A DNA stretch of 64,000 bases from Dehalococcoidia bacterium (GCA_963555975.3 OY821663.2:639867-703866), one strand, 5' to 3'. Positions 50,518 to 60,740 are shown, counted from the first letter of the stretch. Program-made: numbers and translations. Notes: generated by a model from the sequence alone, not told the origin.

Positions 50518-50800
50518 CTACAGCTCATTCTATCGCGTTGGATAGCGGCGGGACAACGGGCATGGCAGGAGCGGCGGCCGTTGCCGTTCGTTCGTCCCCC
50601 CTGCGAAAGCAGTGGGTGGGGGCGAAGCCGCGCGACAACCGCAACGCGAGGCCCCCATCTCAATCTTCCCCCGCAGACGGGGGAAGAGGTTCGGTGGCGG
50701 GCAGCACAAGCGGCTTGCCGCTTTACTCATGCTTCGACGCGCTCAGCACGAGCGGGCAGGGGAGGCGACAGTCGTACCCTCTCGGCACGAACGGAGGCCG
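50518..50800. repeat. REP-like mosaic
   Basis: It contains ggcccccatctcaatcttcccccgcagacgggggaagaggttcgg, the same unit as at 538-575 and inverted at 470-505. It also contains ctcatgcttcgacgcgctcagcacgagcggg. Confidence 0.75.
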
Positions 50801-50803
50801 CCG

Positions 50804-53800
50804 CTACTCATACCGCAGCGCTTCCGCGGGGTACGTGCGCGCCGCCTGCCGGGCCGGCAGCCACGTTGCCAGCAGCGAGAAGACGTACGCCAGCACAAAT
50901 ATCGACCCGATCTGAAGCCACGGCACCACGAATCGCAAGTTGCCGGCCGCCTCCTCGTCGCGTATCTCCACGAACGCCTGGTAGCCCAGTATAACGCCCA
51001 GCGTCCCGCCTATCGCTATGCCCAGCAGCGAGATGAACGACGATTCCAGCAGCAGGCTGAGTTGAATCATCCCCCGTCGGTATCCGATTGCGCGGAGCAC
51101 ACCAATCTGCTGCCGCCGCTCCACCACGGCGCGCGTGCTCACGACGCCCAGCGCGGCGATGCCCACCACCAGCCCAAGCGCCACGAACCCCACGAACAGC
51201 CTGAAGATGGCCCTCGCGCTAGCCGACTCCAGCTCAAGCTCGTCGGCCAGCACGGTGGTCTCCATGCCGTGCTCCAGGAACGCGCCCTCCAACCGGTAGG
51301 CGATGCGTTCCGCGTCCACGCCGTCCGCAACTGCGAAACGGTAGCGAGTTACGGGGATGGCGAAAGGGAACAGGTCGTCAAGCAGCTTTTTGGATGCCAG
51401 CATGGTGAACGAGTCCTCGTGCTCGCGCGCCACCACGCCAATCACAGTGACGGTGGTCGTTCGTTCGGAGAGGCGCTGCCACAGCTCCAGCGTGAGGGGT
51501 TGCATGGACTCGTCGGCGTAGAACACGCCCTCGATGAACTCAGGCCGGAAGCCGTCCTGCGCGTCCGGCCGCGTGCGCACGAGGTTGCCGCCGAGCACGA
51601 CCAGCGATGGGTCGTCTCGGAGCGCCTGCATCACCTCCGCGGTGGTGGAGCCGTAGCCCTCCGCGATCAGGTGGAACTCGTACGCGGAGGCGTCCAGGAA
51701 GCCGTCGTCTGCGCCGCGCATACGCACCGAATCCCACTCGCTGCCCGGCTCGCGCGCCTGCACCGATGATACCGTGTAGCCGCCAACGGCGCGCAGGTCG
51801 TCCGGCGGCAGCCCGTGGTAGACCAGGCTGTCCCGCATGTTCGCCACGGGCGTGGAGGCGCCGATGATCCCCTCCACGTGCCAGCCGCCGGTGACTACCT
51901 CCGGGTCGGTGAACTGGGTGCTGAACGTCTCGGTGAGCACGGAGATGAACATAAGCGTGAAGAACACCAGGGCGAACATGGCAAGCGTGAGTCCCGTTCG
52001 CAGCTTGGCGCTCATGGGGTAGGCGACCGCGGTGACCAGCACGGGGCGCAGCTTGCCGATGGGCGAGGTGAGCCAGGTCAACGCCCGCAGCAGCAGGTCT
52101 GCGTTGTACATCACCGTCCACACCGCGGCGGTCACCATGCAGATGCCGGACACGAAAAGCAGGTCGAAGCCGCCCGCCAGTTCGCCGACAACGCTCTCGA
52201 TTGTGGACGGTGGCAGCAGCCAGAATGCAAGCACGACCACGCCCGCGAATGTGAACGCGATGCGGTCTCGCAGGTCCGGGCGCAGGCCGGCGCGCGCCAG
52301 GACGCTCCTCAGCATGAGCGCCAGTCCGATGACCACCAGCGAGACGCCCGCGGTGAACGCGGCCGCGCGCTCCCACGCCGTGGCGCCGTACCAGGCCAGG
52401 AGCGCGCCGAGCAGGACGGCCAGCCAGCCCTGCATGAGGAACCGCCATATCACCTGCGCTATCGTCACCCATACGGCCACGGGCAGCATGACGACCGCCC
52501 ACGCGGCTCTCGCCAGGTACGCGAGCGCGGCAAGCAAACGCAGCCGCGCCGCCGATGCGAGGGCGCGCCAGCCGTAGCGGAACGGCCGCAACAGGGCGCG
52601 CCACGGCGCAAGCAGCACGGCCCGCCATCCCGTGTCCGATAAGACGGGCGGGTTGGGCAGGCCGCGCACCGCGGTCACGATGTTCAGCCGGCTGACCCGA
52701 TAGGCGGACACGGCGACGGTGGCAAGCGTGATGAGCATACCCAGGCAGTAGGACACCACCATCGTTCGCAGGGCGAATTGCGGCGTAAGGCGGAACAGAG
52801 CGTCTTCGTCGAACGCGGAGAATATGCGGTTCATTATGCCCACCATGAGCGCGCTCACCGCCAGCCCAATCAGCACGCCCACCGCCGCGGAGGCCAGGGC
52901 GTAGGCCGTGCCCTCGAACACGAACATCTGGACAAGGTGGACTCGCCGCGCGCCCACTGCCCGCGCCATGCCCATCTCCGACCTGCGGGCGGCCGCCAGC
53001 ATCACGAATATGAGGAAGATGAGAAGCACGCCCACCATGACCGTGAACAAGCCCATGTTCAGGAATATGGTGGTGACGAAGCTGCCCGCCTCGTCCGCCG
53101 TCTCCAGGATGTTGCGCTTGATCTGGATTACCCGGTACGGCAGCAGGTCGGAGAAGAGGGCGGAGGCCGCTTCGTGCTCCTCCGCGAGCCCTTCGCTTTC
53201 GAGCACGTCCAGCACGTGGTCTTCCACGCTCTGCCTGTTGAGCAGGCGAACCAGCATGTCCGTCACGTCGGCTTCTTGCAGCTCCTCGCGCAGCTCCGCG
53301 GCGTTGTCCCTGAGGTCGCCGGTGAGGTCCGGCTCCGCCGCCGCAAGCGCGTCGATGACGGCCTGCTGTCTCAGCAGCTCCCGCAGCGCGGCCGCCGCCT
53401 CCCGGTCGCTGAGGGCGGCGCGCAGCTCCCGCGCGACCTCGCCGCTCAGCTCCGCGCCGTCCATGACGCCGCCGCGGTTGGAGACGGAGATCAGGTTCAC
53501 TTGCTCCGGCCTGTCGAACAGGCGCTGGGCGCGCTCCAGCGCCACGAGCAGCGTTGGGTCTCGCCCCGCAAGCCCGTTGCGCTCCACCACCGCGGCCACG
53601 CGGAAGGATGCGGTGGCGTCTCCGCCCAGGAACAGCGTCAACTCATCGCCGGGCGCTGCGTCCAGGGCGTCGGCCGCGCGGTCGTTGATGAACGCCTCGC
53701 CATCCGAGAGATTGCGGATGCTCACAGCTTCCCCGGTGGCGGAAGTGAACCCGGCGAAACCGTCGAGCGTGGGGGCGTCCACGCCCACCACGTTCAGCCT

Positions 53801-54235
53801 GCCCTCGCTCACGGAGGAGCGGTTGTTGAGCGCGGGGACGGTTTCGGCGATGGACGGCGTCATGCCGTCGATAGTGTCCAGGTCGGCGACGCGCTCCTGA
53901 AGCTCGCGGAAGCGACCTACGTGGACGTATGGCACGCTGCCGAAGCTGTCGCCTGCGCCTGCGCGGGCGGGCAGCACTATCTCGTCTATTGCGCCGAGCG
54001 AGCGGATGGCCTCGTTGCGAATCGAGACGCCGAGCGTGTCGCCCGTGCCCAGGGCGGCGGCGATGATGACGGTGCTCAGCATGACGCCGATGACGATGAG
54101 GATGGTCTGGCCGCGCCTGCGCGGGATGTTGCGGAGGCCCAGCCTGACCATGACGCGGTTTCGCAGCGCCAGCCAGCCCACCACGGCAATGGCGGCCAGG
54201 AAGGCGGCGAGCAACACCGCCATGATCAGGTCCAT
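50804..54235 (-). CDS. ABC transporter permease with two FtsX-type domains (MacB-like, about 1143 aa)
   Basis: The product begins MDLIMAVLLAAFL..LRNIPRRRGQTILIV. Two 4-TM FtsX modules are each preceded by a large extracytoplasmic domain, and the C-terminus reads ..PARQAARTYPAEALRYE. The start ATG is at 54235; the track extension overlaps the ATPase gene. Confidence 0.85.
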   Translation of the reverse strand: MDLIMAVLLAAFLAAIAVVGWLALRNRVMVRLGLRNIPRRRGQTILIVIGVMLSTVIIAAALGTGDTLGVSIRNEAIRSLGAIDEIVLPARAGAGDSFGSVPYVHVGRFRELQERVADLDTIDGMTPSIAETVPALNNRSSVSEGRLNVVGVDAPTLDGFAGFTSATGEAVSIRNLSDGEAFINDRAADALDAAPGDELTLFLGGDATASFRVAAVVERNGLAGRDPTLLVALERAQRLFDRPEQVNLISVSNRGGVMDGAELSGEVARELRAALSDREAAAALRELLRQQAVIDALAAAEPDLTGDLRDNAAELREELQEADVTDMLVRLLNRQSVEDHVLDVLESEGLAEEHEAASALFSDLLPYRVIQIKRNILETADEAGSFVTTIFLNMGLFTVMVGVLLIFLIFVMLAAARRSEMGMARAVGARRVHLVQMFVFEGTAYALASAAVGVLIGLAVSALMVGIMNRIFSAFDEDALFRLTPQFALRTMVVSYCLGMLITLATVAVSAYRVSRLNIVTAVRGLPNPPVLSDTGWRAVLLAPWRALLRPFRYGWRALASAARLRLLAALAYLARAAWAVVMLPVAVWVTIAQVIWRFLMQGWLAVLLGALLAWYGATAWERAAAFTAGVSLVVIGLALMLRSVLARAGLRPDLRDRIAFTFAGVVVLAFWLLPPSTIESVVGELAGGFDLLFVSGICMVTAAVWTVMYNADLLLRALTWLTSPIGKLRPVLVTAVAYPMSAKLRTGLTLAMFALVFFTLMFISVLTETFSTQFTDPEVVTGGWHVEGIIGASTPVANMRDSLVYHGLPPDDLRAVGGYTVSSVQAREPGSEWDSVRMRGADDGFLDASAYEFHLIAEGYGSTTAEVMQALRDDPSLVVLGGNLVRTRPDAQDGFRPEFIEGVFYADESMQPLTLELWQRLSERTTTVTVIGVVAREHEDSFTMLASKKLLDDLFPFAIPVTRYRFAVADGVDAERIAYRLEGAFLEHGMETTVLADELELESASARAIFRLFVGFVALGLVVGIAALGVVSTRAVVERRQQIGVLRAIGYRRGMIQLSLLLESSFISLLGIAIGGTLGVILGYQAFVEIRDEEAAGNLRFVVPWLQIGSIFVLAYVFSLLATWLPARQAARTYPAEALRYE

Positions 54236-54258
54236 TGAAACGCCGAACAGGTTGTCCA

Positions 54259-54987
54259 CTAGACGCCCGCGGTCTGCTCTCCGCTGCCCGCGAGGCCGGA
54301 GGCCGCGCCTGCATCGGCGATGAGGCCGTCCCGCATGGTCACGATCCGGTTGGCTCGCTGGCCCACGTCCAGGGCGTGCGTGACAACAACAAAGCTCTGG
54401 CCGTTGTCGCGGTTCAGCCCGCACATGAGGTCGATTATTTCGTTGGCGGTCTCGCTGTCCAGGTCGCCGGTTGGCTCGTCTGCCCAGACGATGGCGGGCC
54501 GGTTGACCAGGGCGCGTGCGATGGTGACGCGCTGGCGCTGTCCGCCGGATAGCTCGCCGGGCAGGTGCGAGGAGCGTTCGGACAGGCCGACGCTGTCGAG
54601 CATCTCCAGCGCGCGGGCGCGCGCCTCGCCGGAGCCTACGCCGGACAGGAGCAGCGGCATCTCCACGTTCTCAACTGCGGAGAGGACGGGCAGGAGGTTG
54701 TAGAGCTGGAACACGAACCCCATGCGGCGGGCGCGGTAGTCGCTGCGTTCGTCGTCCGGGAGGTTGTGGAGTTCCACGCCGTCTATGAGGACGCGGCCGG
54801 AGTCGATTTCGTCGAGGCCGGACAGGCAGTTTAGGAGGGTGGTCTTGCCGCAGCCGGAGGGGCCCATGATGGCGACCATCTCGCCGCGCCGGACGCTGAG
54901 GTCAACGCCTCGCAGGGCGTTGACTGTGAGGCTGCCCGTGCTGTAGGTCTTGGATATGTCCCGCGCCTGTATGATCAGGTCTTCCAT
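54259..54987 (-). CDS. ABC transporter ATP-binding protein (MacB/LolD-like)
   Basis: The Walker A motif is GPSGCGKTT, the signature is LSGGQRQRV and the Walker B motif is [12 protein letters not shown]. Confidence 0.93.
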   Translation of the reverse strand: MEDLIIQARDISKTYSTGSLTVNALRGVDLSVRRGEMVAIMGPSGCGKTTLLNCLSGLDEIDSGRVLIDGVELHNLPDDERSDYRARRMGFVFQLYNLLPVLSAVENVEMPLLLSGVGSGEARARALEMLDSVGLSERSSHLPGELSGGQRQRVTIARALVNRPAIVWADEPTGDLDSETANEIIDLMCGLNRDNGQSFVVVTHALDVGQRANRIVTMRDGLIADAGAASGLAGSGEQTAGV

Positions 54988-55015
54988 AGCTCCGCCTTGC
55001 AGTTTGTGAACGGTC

Positions 55016-55702
55016 TCACCCGCTCCAGTCCAGCCGGGCCATGTCGTGGAAGAGCAGGCCGGTGACCTCCCTGGGCTGGTTCAACAGCCACAGCGCGCCC
55101 TCGGCGGAGCTTCTGGGGTGCTTGGGCGCGTCCGGCGCCATGTCGGTCCGCACCCAGCCGGGCGAAAGCGCGTTGACCGCCACCTTGCCCGCCAGCTCTC
55201 CGGCGGTGGCTATGGTGAGCGCGTGCAGCGCGGCCTTGGACACGCCGTAGGCGCCGCGCAGCTCCGCGGACATGACGCCGGAAGTGGAGCCGACGTTCAC
55301 CACGCGCGGGTCGTCCGACTCCAGCAGCAGCGGGATGAGCCGCTTGGTGCAGAGGTACACGCCCGTGAGGTTGATGCGCATGGTGCGCTCGAACTCCGCG
55401 TCCGGGAGGGCGTACAGCGCGCCGATTTCCTGCGTTGATACGCCGGCGTTGTTGACCAGCACGTCCAGCGCGCCCCACTCGTCGCGCACCCACGCCGCCA
55501 GGCGGTCGTTGTCTTCGGCGATGGAGACGTCGGCTTGGAGGACGCGCAGGCCGGGCAGCTCGCGCTGCGCCTGGTCGAGCTTGGCCTGATCGCGAGAGGC
55601 GGCGAGCACGTCAGCGCCGTTCTCGAGGAGTATCTTGCAGATCTCGTAGCCTATGCCGCGGCTTCCGCCCGTGACCAGCGTTCTCTTGCCTTGCAGCGAC
55701 AT
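55016..55702 (-). CDS. SDR-family oxidoreductase
   Basis: The product begins [18 protein letters not shown] and contains NNAG and YGVSKAA (YxxxK). The ATG at 55702 follows GGAGG. The 208-codon upstream extension in the track is not supported. Confidence 0.88.
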   Translation of the reverse strand: MSLQGKRTLVTGGSRGIGYEICKILLENGADVLAASRDQAKLDQAQRELPGLRVLQADVSIAEDNDRLAAWVRDEWGALDVLVNNAGVSTQEIGALYALPDAEFERTMRINLTGVYLCTKRLIPLLLESDDPRVVNVGSTSGVMSAELRGAYGVSKAALHALTIATAGELAGKVAVNALSPGWVRTDMAPDAPKHPRSSAEGALWLLNQPREVTGLLFHDMARLDWSG

Positions 55703-55898
55703 GACGCCTCCTTCCGGCAGGGTTGCGCCCAAGGTAGCACACAGGCATGGGCGGGTCAAGGCGGGGGCATCCGCCCTTTTGGCACGCTCAGAGCCTGCCC
55801 CGTACCCGATACGGGGGGTGAACGGGCGTGAGATGCCGCAGCCTGTGGTACAATGCGCCGCGAGCGCTCCACCACACCCGCGCAGGAGAGACTGAGAC

Positions 55899-56555
55899 GT
55901 GGCAGACATCACAATCGCGAGAATGCTCACCGATCTTGGCTTCACGCACCCGGACGCCCAGCAATCGGCGATCGAGGCTCTGATCAAGGCGGGCGTCATA
56001 TCGAGCAAGCCCAACCGAACGCGCATCGCCTCCGACAAGCGCGGGCGAGTGGCTTCGGCGCTAGCAGAGGCGTTCGTTCGCCACTGCAACAACGGCGACT
56101 GCCGCCAGGCCGCCGCGCAGCCCGGCCCGCGCCGGCCGCTGCTCGCCGACCGCCAGCATTGCGAGGTCTGCGGCGGCTCCGCCAACCGCAGCGCGCTGGA
56201 GCGGCTCGCTCGCGCCTTGCAGGAACGCGGCCTCAGGCGCGTGCTCGTGGTCGGCGGCACGGAGGCATCGGAGCGAGACATCCGGCAGAGCTCGCCCGCC
56301 TCCGTGGAGTGGAGGTTCGTCAACACCCAGGTTGCCCGTGACGACCGCTACCACCGCTCCAACCGCGAATGGGCTGAGGTGATGGCAATCTGGTCCAGCA
56401 CTCCCTTGCCCCACAAGGTGTCGCGCCACTACGAGTACGGCGGCGATCTAATCCGCGTGACGGTGACCCGTCGCGGTGTAGCAGCCCTGGCCGACGGTGT
56501 GCGAGAGCGGCTGGAGCGGCAACCGGCGCCGCGAGGCTCCGCAGCCGGACGCTAG
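55899..56555 (+). CDS. hypothetical protein; the C-terminal half is DUF2325-like, with a central Cys cluster
   Basis: The cluster HCNNGDC....HCEVCGG is followed by RVLVVGGTE....AEVMAIWSSTPLPHKVS....VTVTRRGVAALADG. This resembles the VLIVGG / ..DlVIv.Td.iSH / ..S.SaL layout I recall for DUF2325. The start is GTG. Confidence 0.45.
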   Translation: MADITIARMLTDLGFTHPDAQQSAIEALIKAGVISSKPNRTRIASDKRGRVASALAEAFVRHCNNGDCRQAAAQPGPRRPLLADRQHCEVCGGSANRSALERLARALQERGLRRVLVVGGTEASERDIRQSSPASVEWRFVNTQVARDDRYHRSNREWAEVMAIWSSTPLPHKVSRHYEYGGDLIRVTVTRRGVAALADGVRERLERQPAPRGSAAGR

Positions 56556-56866
56556 TGTCGGATGGGCGGATCCAGCTCCGCGCGTATCTCTTCGCAGATG
56601 AGCGTGTCAGACTGAATGCAGGTCGTGCCGTCGTCGCCGTTGCCCGTCAGCGCAATGGCCCTGGTGTAGAGCAGCCACGTGCCCGCGGAGTCCTGCCACA
56701 CCTCGCCGATGTTGCCCGTCCACTCGACCGACCTGCCCAGCACAAGCTCCTGCGTGGTGATGGCTTCCAGGATCGCGTTGAAGGCTTCCTCGTCGGTCAG
56801 CTGCTCGCTATGGGCGGCTTTCAGGCTTGTGTAGACTCGCATGTGGGCATGGGCCATGCCGTTCAA
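56552..56866 (-). CDS. hypothetical protein (about 101-104 aa)
   Basis: This ORF is convergent with the previous gene, and the two stop codons share the palindrome CTAG (56552-56555). The start is TTG 56866 or ATG 56857. Confidence 0.4.
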   Translation of the reverse strand: MNGMAHAHMRVYTSLKAAHSEQLTDEEAFNAILEAITTQELVLGRSVEWTGNIGEVWQDSAGTWLLYTRAIALTGNGDDGTTCIQSDTLICEEIRAELDPPIRH

Positions 56867-57129
56867 CCCCCTGGACGGCGCACGTGGCGAATTGGCAGTC
56901 GCCGCCTCTCGATTGTACCACAGGCGGCAGTGCCATCCGCCTACCCCTTAGACAGGCTCAGGTCGAACGGATTCGGTAACCCCGTTCTTGGTGAGCCTGT
57001 CCAAGAATGAACGGGCCGGGCCGCCTATGGCGCGAGGCGGGTGACGCTGGTAGAATTGGGCGGAGCATCGCAGGCGGCCGCACGGCGGACGCCGCGAGCC
57101 GCACATCGCTCGACGCAAGGAGGGACGCC

Positions 57130-58083
57130 ATGACTAGCAACGGCGCTCCGGACGAGGCCGTCATCCTGGGATACGCCAACTCGCTCAGCAACTGGGGCCG
57201 GTGGGGCGAGGACGACCAGTTCGGCACGATGAACCACCTGGGGCCGGAGCAACGCAGGCGCGCGGCGTCGCTCGTGCGGGACGGCGTGTCCGTCTCCTGC
57301 GCGAGGCCCATCACCACGGAGCTTGCCGTGGACGTGCGGAATCCGGTCCTCCACTACATGACGGGCGCAGGCGAGGGTTTCCCCGTGACTCACCCGGAGG
57401 GGCCGCCTGAGCCGATGCAGGGCAGCGGCGACTTCATCGGCATGGCGTTTCACGGCTACGCGATCACTCACCTGGACTCGCTTTGCCATATCTTCTGGAA
57501 CGGGCAGATGTACAACAACCGCCCGGCGGCAATGGTGACCTCGCGGGAGGGAGCGACGGCCAACGCAATCGACGTGCTCAAGGACGGCGTGGTTGGCCGG
57601 GGCGTGCTGCTGGACGCGGCGAGACTTCGCGGTGTGGACTGGATGGAGCCGGGCGAGGGCGTTACGCCCGACGAGCTGAGCGCGATGGAGGAGGCGCAGG
57701 GCGTGCGCGTGGAGCAGGGCGACCTGCTGCTGGTGCGCACGGGCCACTACCGCCGCCGCAGGGAGGTCGGCCCGCGGCCGCTGCCGGACGGCTGGCCCGG
57801 CCTTCACGCGTCGTGTATGCCGTGGCTGCACGAGCGGGGCATCGCTGCGCTTGGCGGCGACACCGTGAGCGATGCGGTGCCGTCCGGCTATGCCAACCTG
57901 CGCCAGCCGATCCACCAGATTGCGCTGCCGCACATGGGCCTGTGGCTCATCGACAACTGCAACCTGGAGGAGATTGCGGCGGCCTGCGCGGAGCGGGGCC
58001 GCTGGGAGTTCATGCTCACGCTCGCGCCGCTGCGCGTCCAGTACGGCACGGGCTCGCCGGTGAACCCCATCGCCGTGCTGTAG
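57130..58083 (+). CDS. cyclase-family protein (kynurenine-formamidase-like fold)
   Basis: The sequence WGRWGEDDQFGTMNHL....HLDSLCHIFW....GDLLLVRTG....GIAALGGD matches the layout of the putative cyclase family. The ATG at 57130 follows AAGGAGGG. Confidence 0.7.
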   Translation: MTSNGAPDEAVILGYANSLSNWGRWGEDDQFGTMNHLGPEQRRRAASLVRDGVSVSCARPITTELAVDVRNPVLHYMTGAGEGFPVTHPEGPPEPMQGSGDFIGMAFHGYAITHLDSLCHIFWNGQMYNNRPAAMVTSREGATANAIDVLKDGVVGRGVLLDAARLRGVDWMEPGEGVTPDELSAMEEAQGVRVEQGDLLLVRTGHYRRRREVGPRPLPDGWPGLHASCMPWLHERGIAALGGDTVSDAVPSGYANLRQPIHQIALPHMGLWLIDNCNLEEIAAACAERGRWEFMLTLAPLRVQYGTGSPVNPIAVL

Positions 58084-58146
58084 CGCAGCGCGGCTGGGCG
58101 ATGGCCTGAGTCGCCGCAGTCACATTCGAATATCGGGAGGCAATCG

Positions 58147-58896
58147 TTGAAGGAGCTTGAACCCGTCCAGCGAGCGATGGTTGTGACGCCGCACCCGGAC
58201 GATGCCGAGTTCGGCTGCGCGGGCACGGTTGCGCTCCTCGTCCGCGAGGGCAAGCAGGTGTTCTACGTGGTGGCGACCAGCGGCAACAAGGGCGGCCGCG
58301 ACACCGACATGACCGCCGACTACCTGACGGCCGCTCGCCAGGACGAGCAGCGCAGGGCCGCGGAGGTCGTCGGCGTGTCCGAGGTGGTGTTCCTGGACTT
58401 CGGGGACGGCGAGCTGGAGGACGACCACGCCTTCCGCCGCGAGCTGGTCTACCACATTCGTCGCTTGAAGCCGGACATCTTGTTCACGACCGACCCGTTT
58501 CGCACGTCGTTCTACATCCACAGAGACCACCGCATGACCGGCCTCGTCACGCTGGACGCGGCGTTCCCCTACGCGAGGGACAGGCTTCACTACCCTGAGC
58601 ACATCGAGCAGGGGCTGGACGGGCACAACGTGGACGAGGTGTTTCTGTGGGGGTCGGAGACGCCGGACACCTTCATAGACGTGAGCGAGGTGGTCGACCT
58701 GAAGGTGAAGTCGCTGCTGGCGCACACCAGCCAGATGCAGGATCACGTGAAGGAGGCCGGCGGCGAAGAGGCGTTCGGCGAGCGCATGAAGGCGATGTCG
58801 CAGCGATGGATGCGCCGCCACAACCTGCCGTTCGAGCACGCGGAGGCGTTTCGCCGCTACGGCATACGGCGCATGAGGGAAGAGGCGGAGTCGTAG
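58147..58896 (+). CDS. PIG-L/LmbE-family deacetylase
   Basis: The sequence MVVTPHPDDAEFGCAGT...HRDHR...AHTSQ matches the (A/P)HPDD(E/A) + H.DH pattern. A TTG at 58147 lies 6 nt after GGGAGG. Confidence 0.8.
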   Translation: MKELEPVQRAMVVTPHPDDAEFGCAGTVALLVREGKQVFYVVATSGNKGGRDTDMTADYLTAARQDEQRRAAEVVGVSEVVFLDFGDGELEDDHAFRRELVYHIRRLKPDILFTTDPFRTSFYIHRDHRMTGLVTLDAAFPYARDRLHYPEHIEQGLDGHNVDEVFLWGSETPDTFIDVSEVVDLKVKSLLAHTSQMQDHVKEAGGEEAFGERMKAMSQRWMRRHNLPFEHAEAFRRYGIRRMREEAES

Positions 58897-58942
58897 ACGA
58901 TACGGCCAGTATGACGCGAGACGCACAACAGGAGGCGGGACG

Positions 58943-59737
58943 ATGCCGGACGTGCAACTGCAAGACGTGACCATTCACTACGAGGAGACGGGCAGCGGGT
59001 CGCTTGCCTACGTATTCTGCCCGGGCCTCGGCGGAGACGGAAGCGGGTTTGTTGACCACTTCGACTTCTGGGCGCAGCACTTCCCGCGGGTGGTCACGTG
59101 GGATTACCGCGGCGCGGGGCAGTCGTCGCAGGCCGCGAAGTACAACCTGCCGCTGTTCGCCTCAGACCTGGCTGCTCTCATGGACGCGCTGGGCATCGAG
59201 CGGGCAGTGCTGCATGGCGTATCGTGGGGCGGCGTGGTGGTGCAGCAGTTCGCGCTGGACTACCCTGAGCGGTGCGCGGCAATCGTGCTCGACTCCACGT
59301 CCAGCGAGGTGAACGTGGCGGCGTCGGAGAACTGGTACGCCCGCGGCGAGGTGGCGCGGCTGGGCGCGGATGCGCCGACGGGCGAGTTTCGGCCTGCGTT
59401 CGCGGGCCACACGGCGAGCGCGCAGGCGGCGCAGGCGCAGGGGACGCAGGTGAAGCCTGAGCACGTGGACTCGTACGTGGCGAGCGCACGTGCAATCGCG
59501 GGGCTGCGCGAACAGCCGTTCACACCGCGGCTGGGACAGATCACGTGCCCTGCGCTGGTGGTGGCCGGCGGACAGGATGCGACGGCAGGCGCGGGCGGCT
59601 CGGTTATACTGGCGCGCAACCTGCCCAACGCGCGATTGCAGATCTTCCAGGACGCGGGCCACGGCGTCTTCCGCCACAAGCGCGATGAGTTCAGGGAGCT
59701 TGTGCTGGAGTTCTGCCGCGAGCGGGGAGTGGTGTAG
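58943..59737 (+). CDS. alpha/beta-fold hydrolase
   Basis: The nucleophile elbow is GVSWGG (GxSxG) and an HG-type N-terminal loop is present (FCPGLGGDG). The C-terminal catalytic context is DAGHGVF. Confidence 0.85.
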   Translation: MPDVQLQDVTIHYEETGSGSLAYVFCPGLGGDGSGFVDHFDFWAQHFPRVVTWDYRGAGQSSQAAKYNLPLFASDLAALMDALGIERAVLHGVSWGGVVVQQFALDYPERCAAIVLDSTSSEVNVAASENWYARGEVARLGADAPTGEFRPAFAGHTASAQAAQAQGTQVKPEHVDSYVASARAIAGLREQPFTPRLGQITCPALVVAGGQDATAGAGGSVILARNLPNARLQIFQDAGHGVFRHKRDEFRELVLEFCRERGVV

Positions 59738-59936
59738 GGGGGGGGGCGGTGCCGCAGGGATGGGCAGGCTGCGCTAGTCTTGGTAGCTTGCGCAGGACAT
59801 TTGATAGTTGGTGGTCTCCAGGTGTCGCTGGGAATATATTCGGGTGGTGAGCGATAGTCAGTGGACTGATGTGTCCGCATTGCACTCTCGCACAGTCGGC
59901 CGGCAAATGAACGCTTTGCGAACAGGAGGGCAGCGT

Positions 59937-60740
59937 ATGCTTGAGTCATTGAGCCTTGATGGGAGGGTGGTGGTTGTCACCGGCGGCGGCACCGGCCTGG
60001 GCAGAGCGATGGGCCGTCACCTGGCGCGCGCCGGAGCCGACATCGTGATTGCCGGCCGCAGGCCAGGGCCGATTGAGGAGGCGGCCGCGGAGTTCGCGGG
60101 CATGGGTCGCAGGTCGCTGGCCGTGTCGACTGACGTGACGGACTCCGCGCAGGTCAACGCGCTGTTCGAGCGCGTGATCGCGGAGATCGGGCGCGTGGAC
60201 GTGCTCGTGAACAACGCAGGCGGCGGCGGTGGAGGCGGCAAGCAGCTGTGGGAGATCACGGACGAGGAGTGGCGGGCCGGCATCGACACCAACCTGACGG
60301 GCGCGTTCTACTGCTCTCGCGCGGTCATCAAGCACATGGTGGACAGGGGAAGCGGTCGCATCGTCAACATCTCGTCAGGCCAGGGGTTGAGGGGCCAGCG
60401 CGGCAGCTTCATGTACGGCACGGCGAAGGGCGGCGTCATTCAGCTCACCCGCGTTCTTGCTGCGACCTACGGCTCATCGGGTGTCACGAGCACGTGCATC
60501 GTTCCCGGCATGATACCCGTCCGGCAGCAGGCCGACGACGACGCAGCGGCGAACCGTCGCCTGGCGTTTCTGCCGATGGGACGCGCCGGCGCTCCTGAGG
60601 AGATGGGGCCGCTGGCGGTGTTCCTGGCCTCCGACGCCTCGGCGTACATGAACGGCGAGATGTTCTACTGCGACGGCGGCGCGATGGCGGGCGGCGCGGC
60701 CACGACCGGCTACGCGCCGGTGATTCCACTCAACGACTAG
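59937..60740 (+). CDS. SDR-family oxidoreductase
   Basis: Motifs present are VVVTGGGTGLG, NNAGGGG and YGTAKGG (YxxxK). The ATG at 59937 lies 6 nt after AGGAGGG. Confidence 0.88.
   Translation: MLESLSLDGRVVVVTGGGTGLGRAMGRHLARAGADIVIAGRRPGPIEEAAAEFAGMGRRSLAVSTDVTDSAQVNALFERVIAEIGRVDVLVNNAGGGGGGGKQLWEITDEEWRAGIDTNLTGAFYCSRAVIKHMVDRGSGRIVNISSGQGLRGQRGSFMYGTAKGGVIQLTRVLAATYGSSGVTSTCIVPGMIPVRQQADDDAAANRRLAFLPMGRAGAPEEMGPLAVFLASDASAYMNGEMFYCDGGAMAGGAATTGYAPVIPLND

Noticed and set aside
54236-54424. A 63-codon extension of the ABC permease, and similar extensions of other genes: 20869-21075, 55703-56326, 59808-59936, 57007-57129, 9493-9567, 10455-10619, 32449-32517 and 34757-34819.
   Set aside because: Each extension overlaps the upstream gene or a repeat region and lacks an RBS. 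An internal ATG, GTG or TTG with a GGAGG-type RBS coincides with the conserved family N-terminus.
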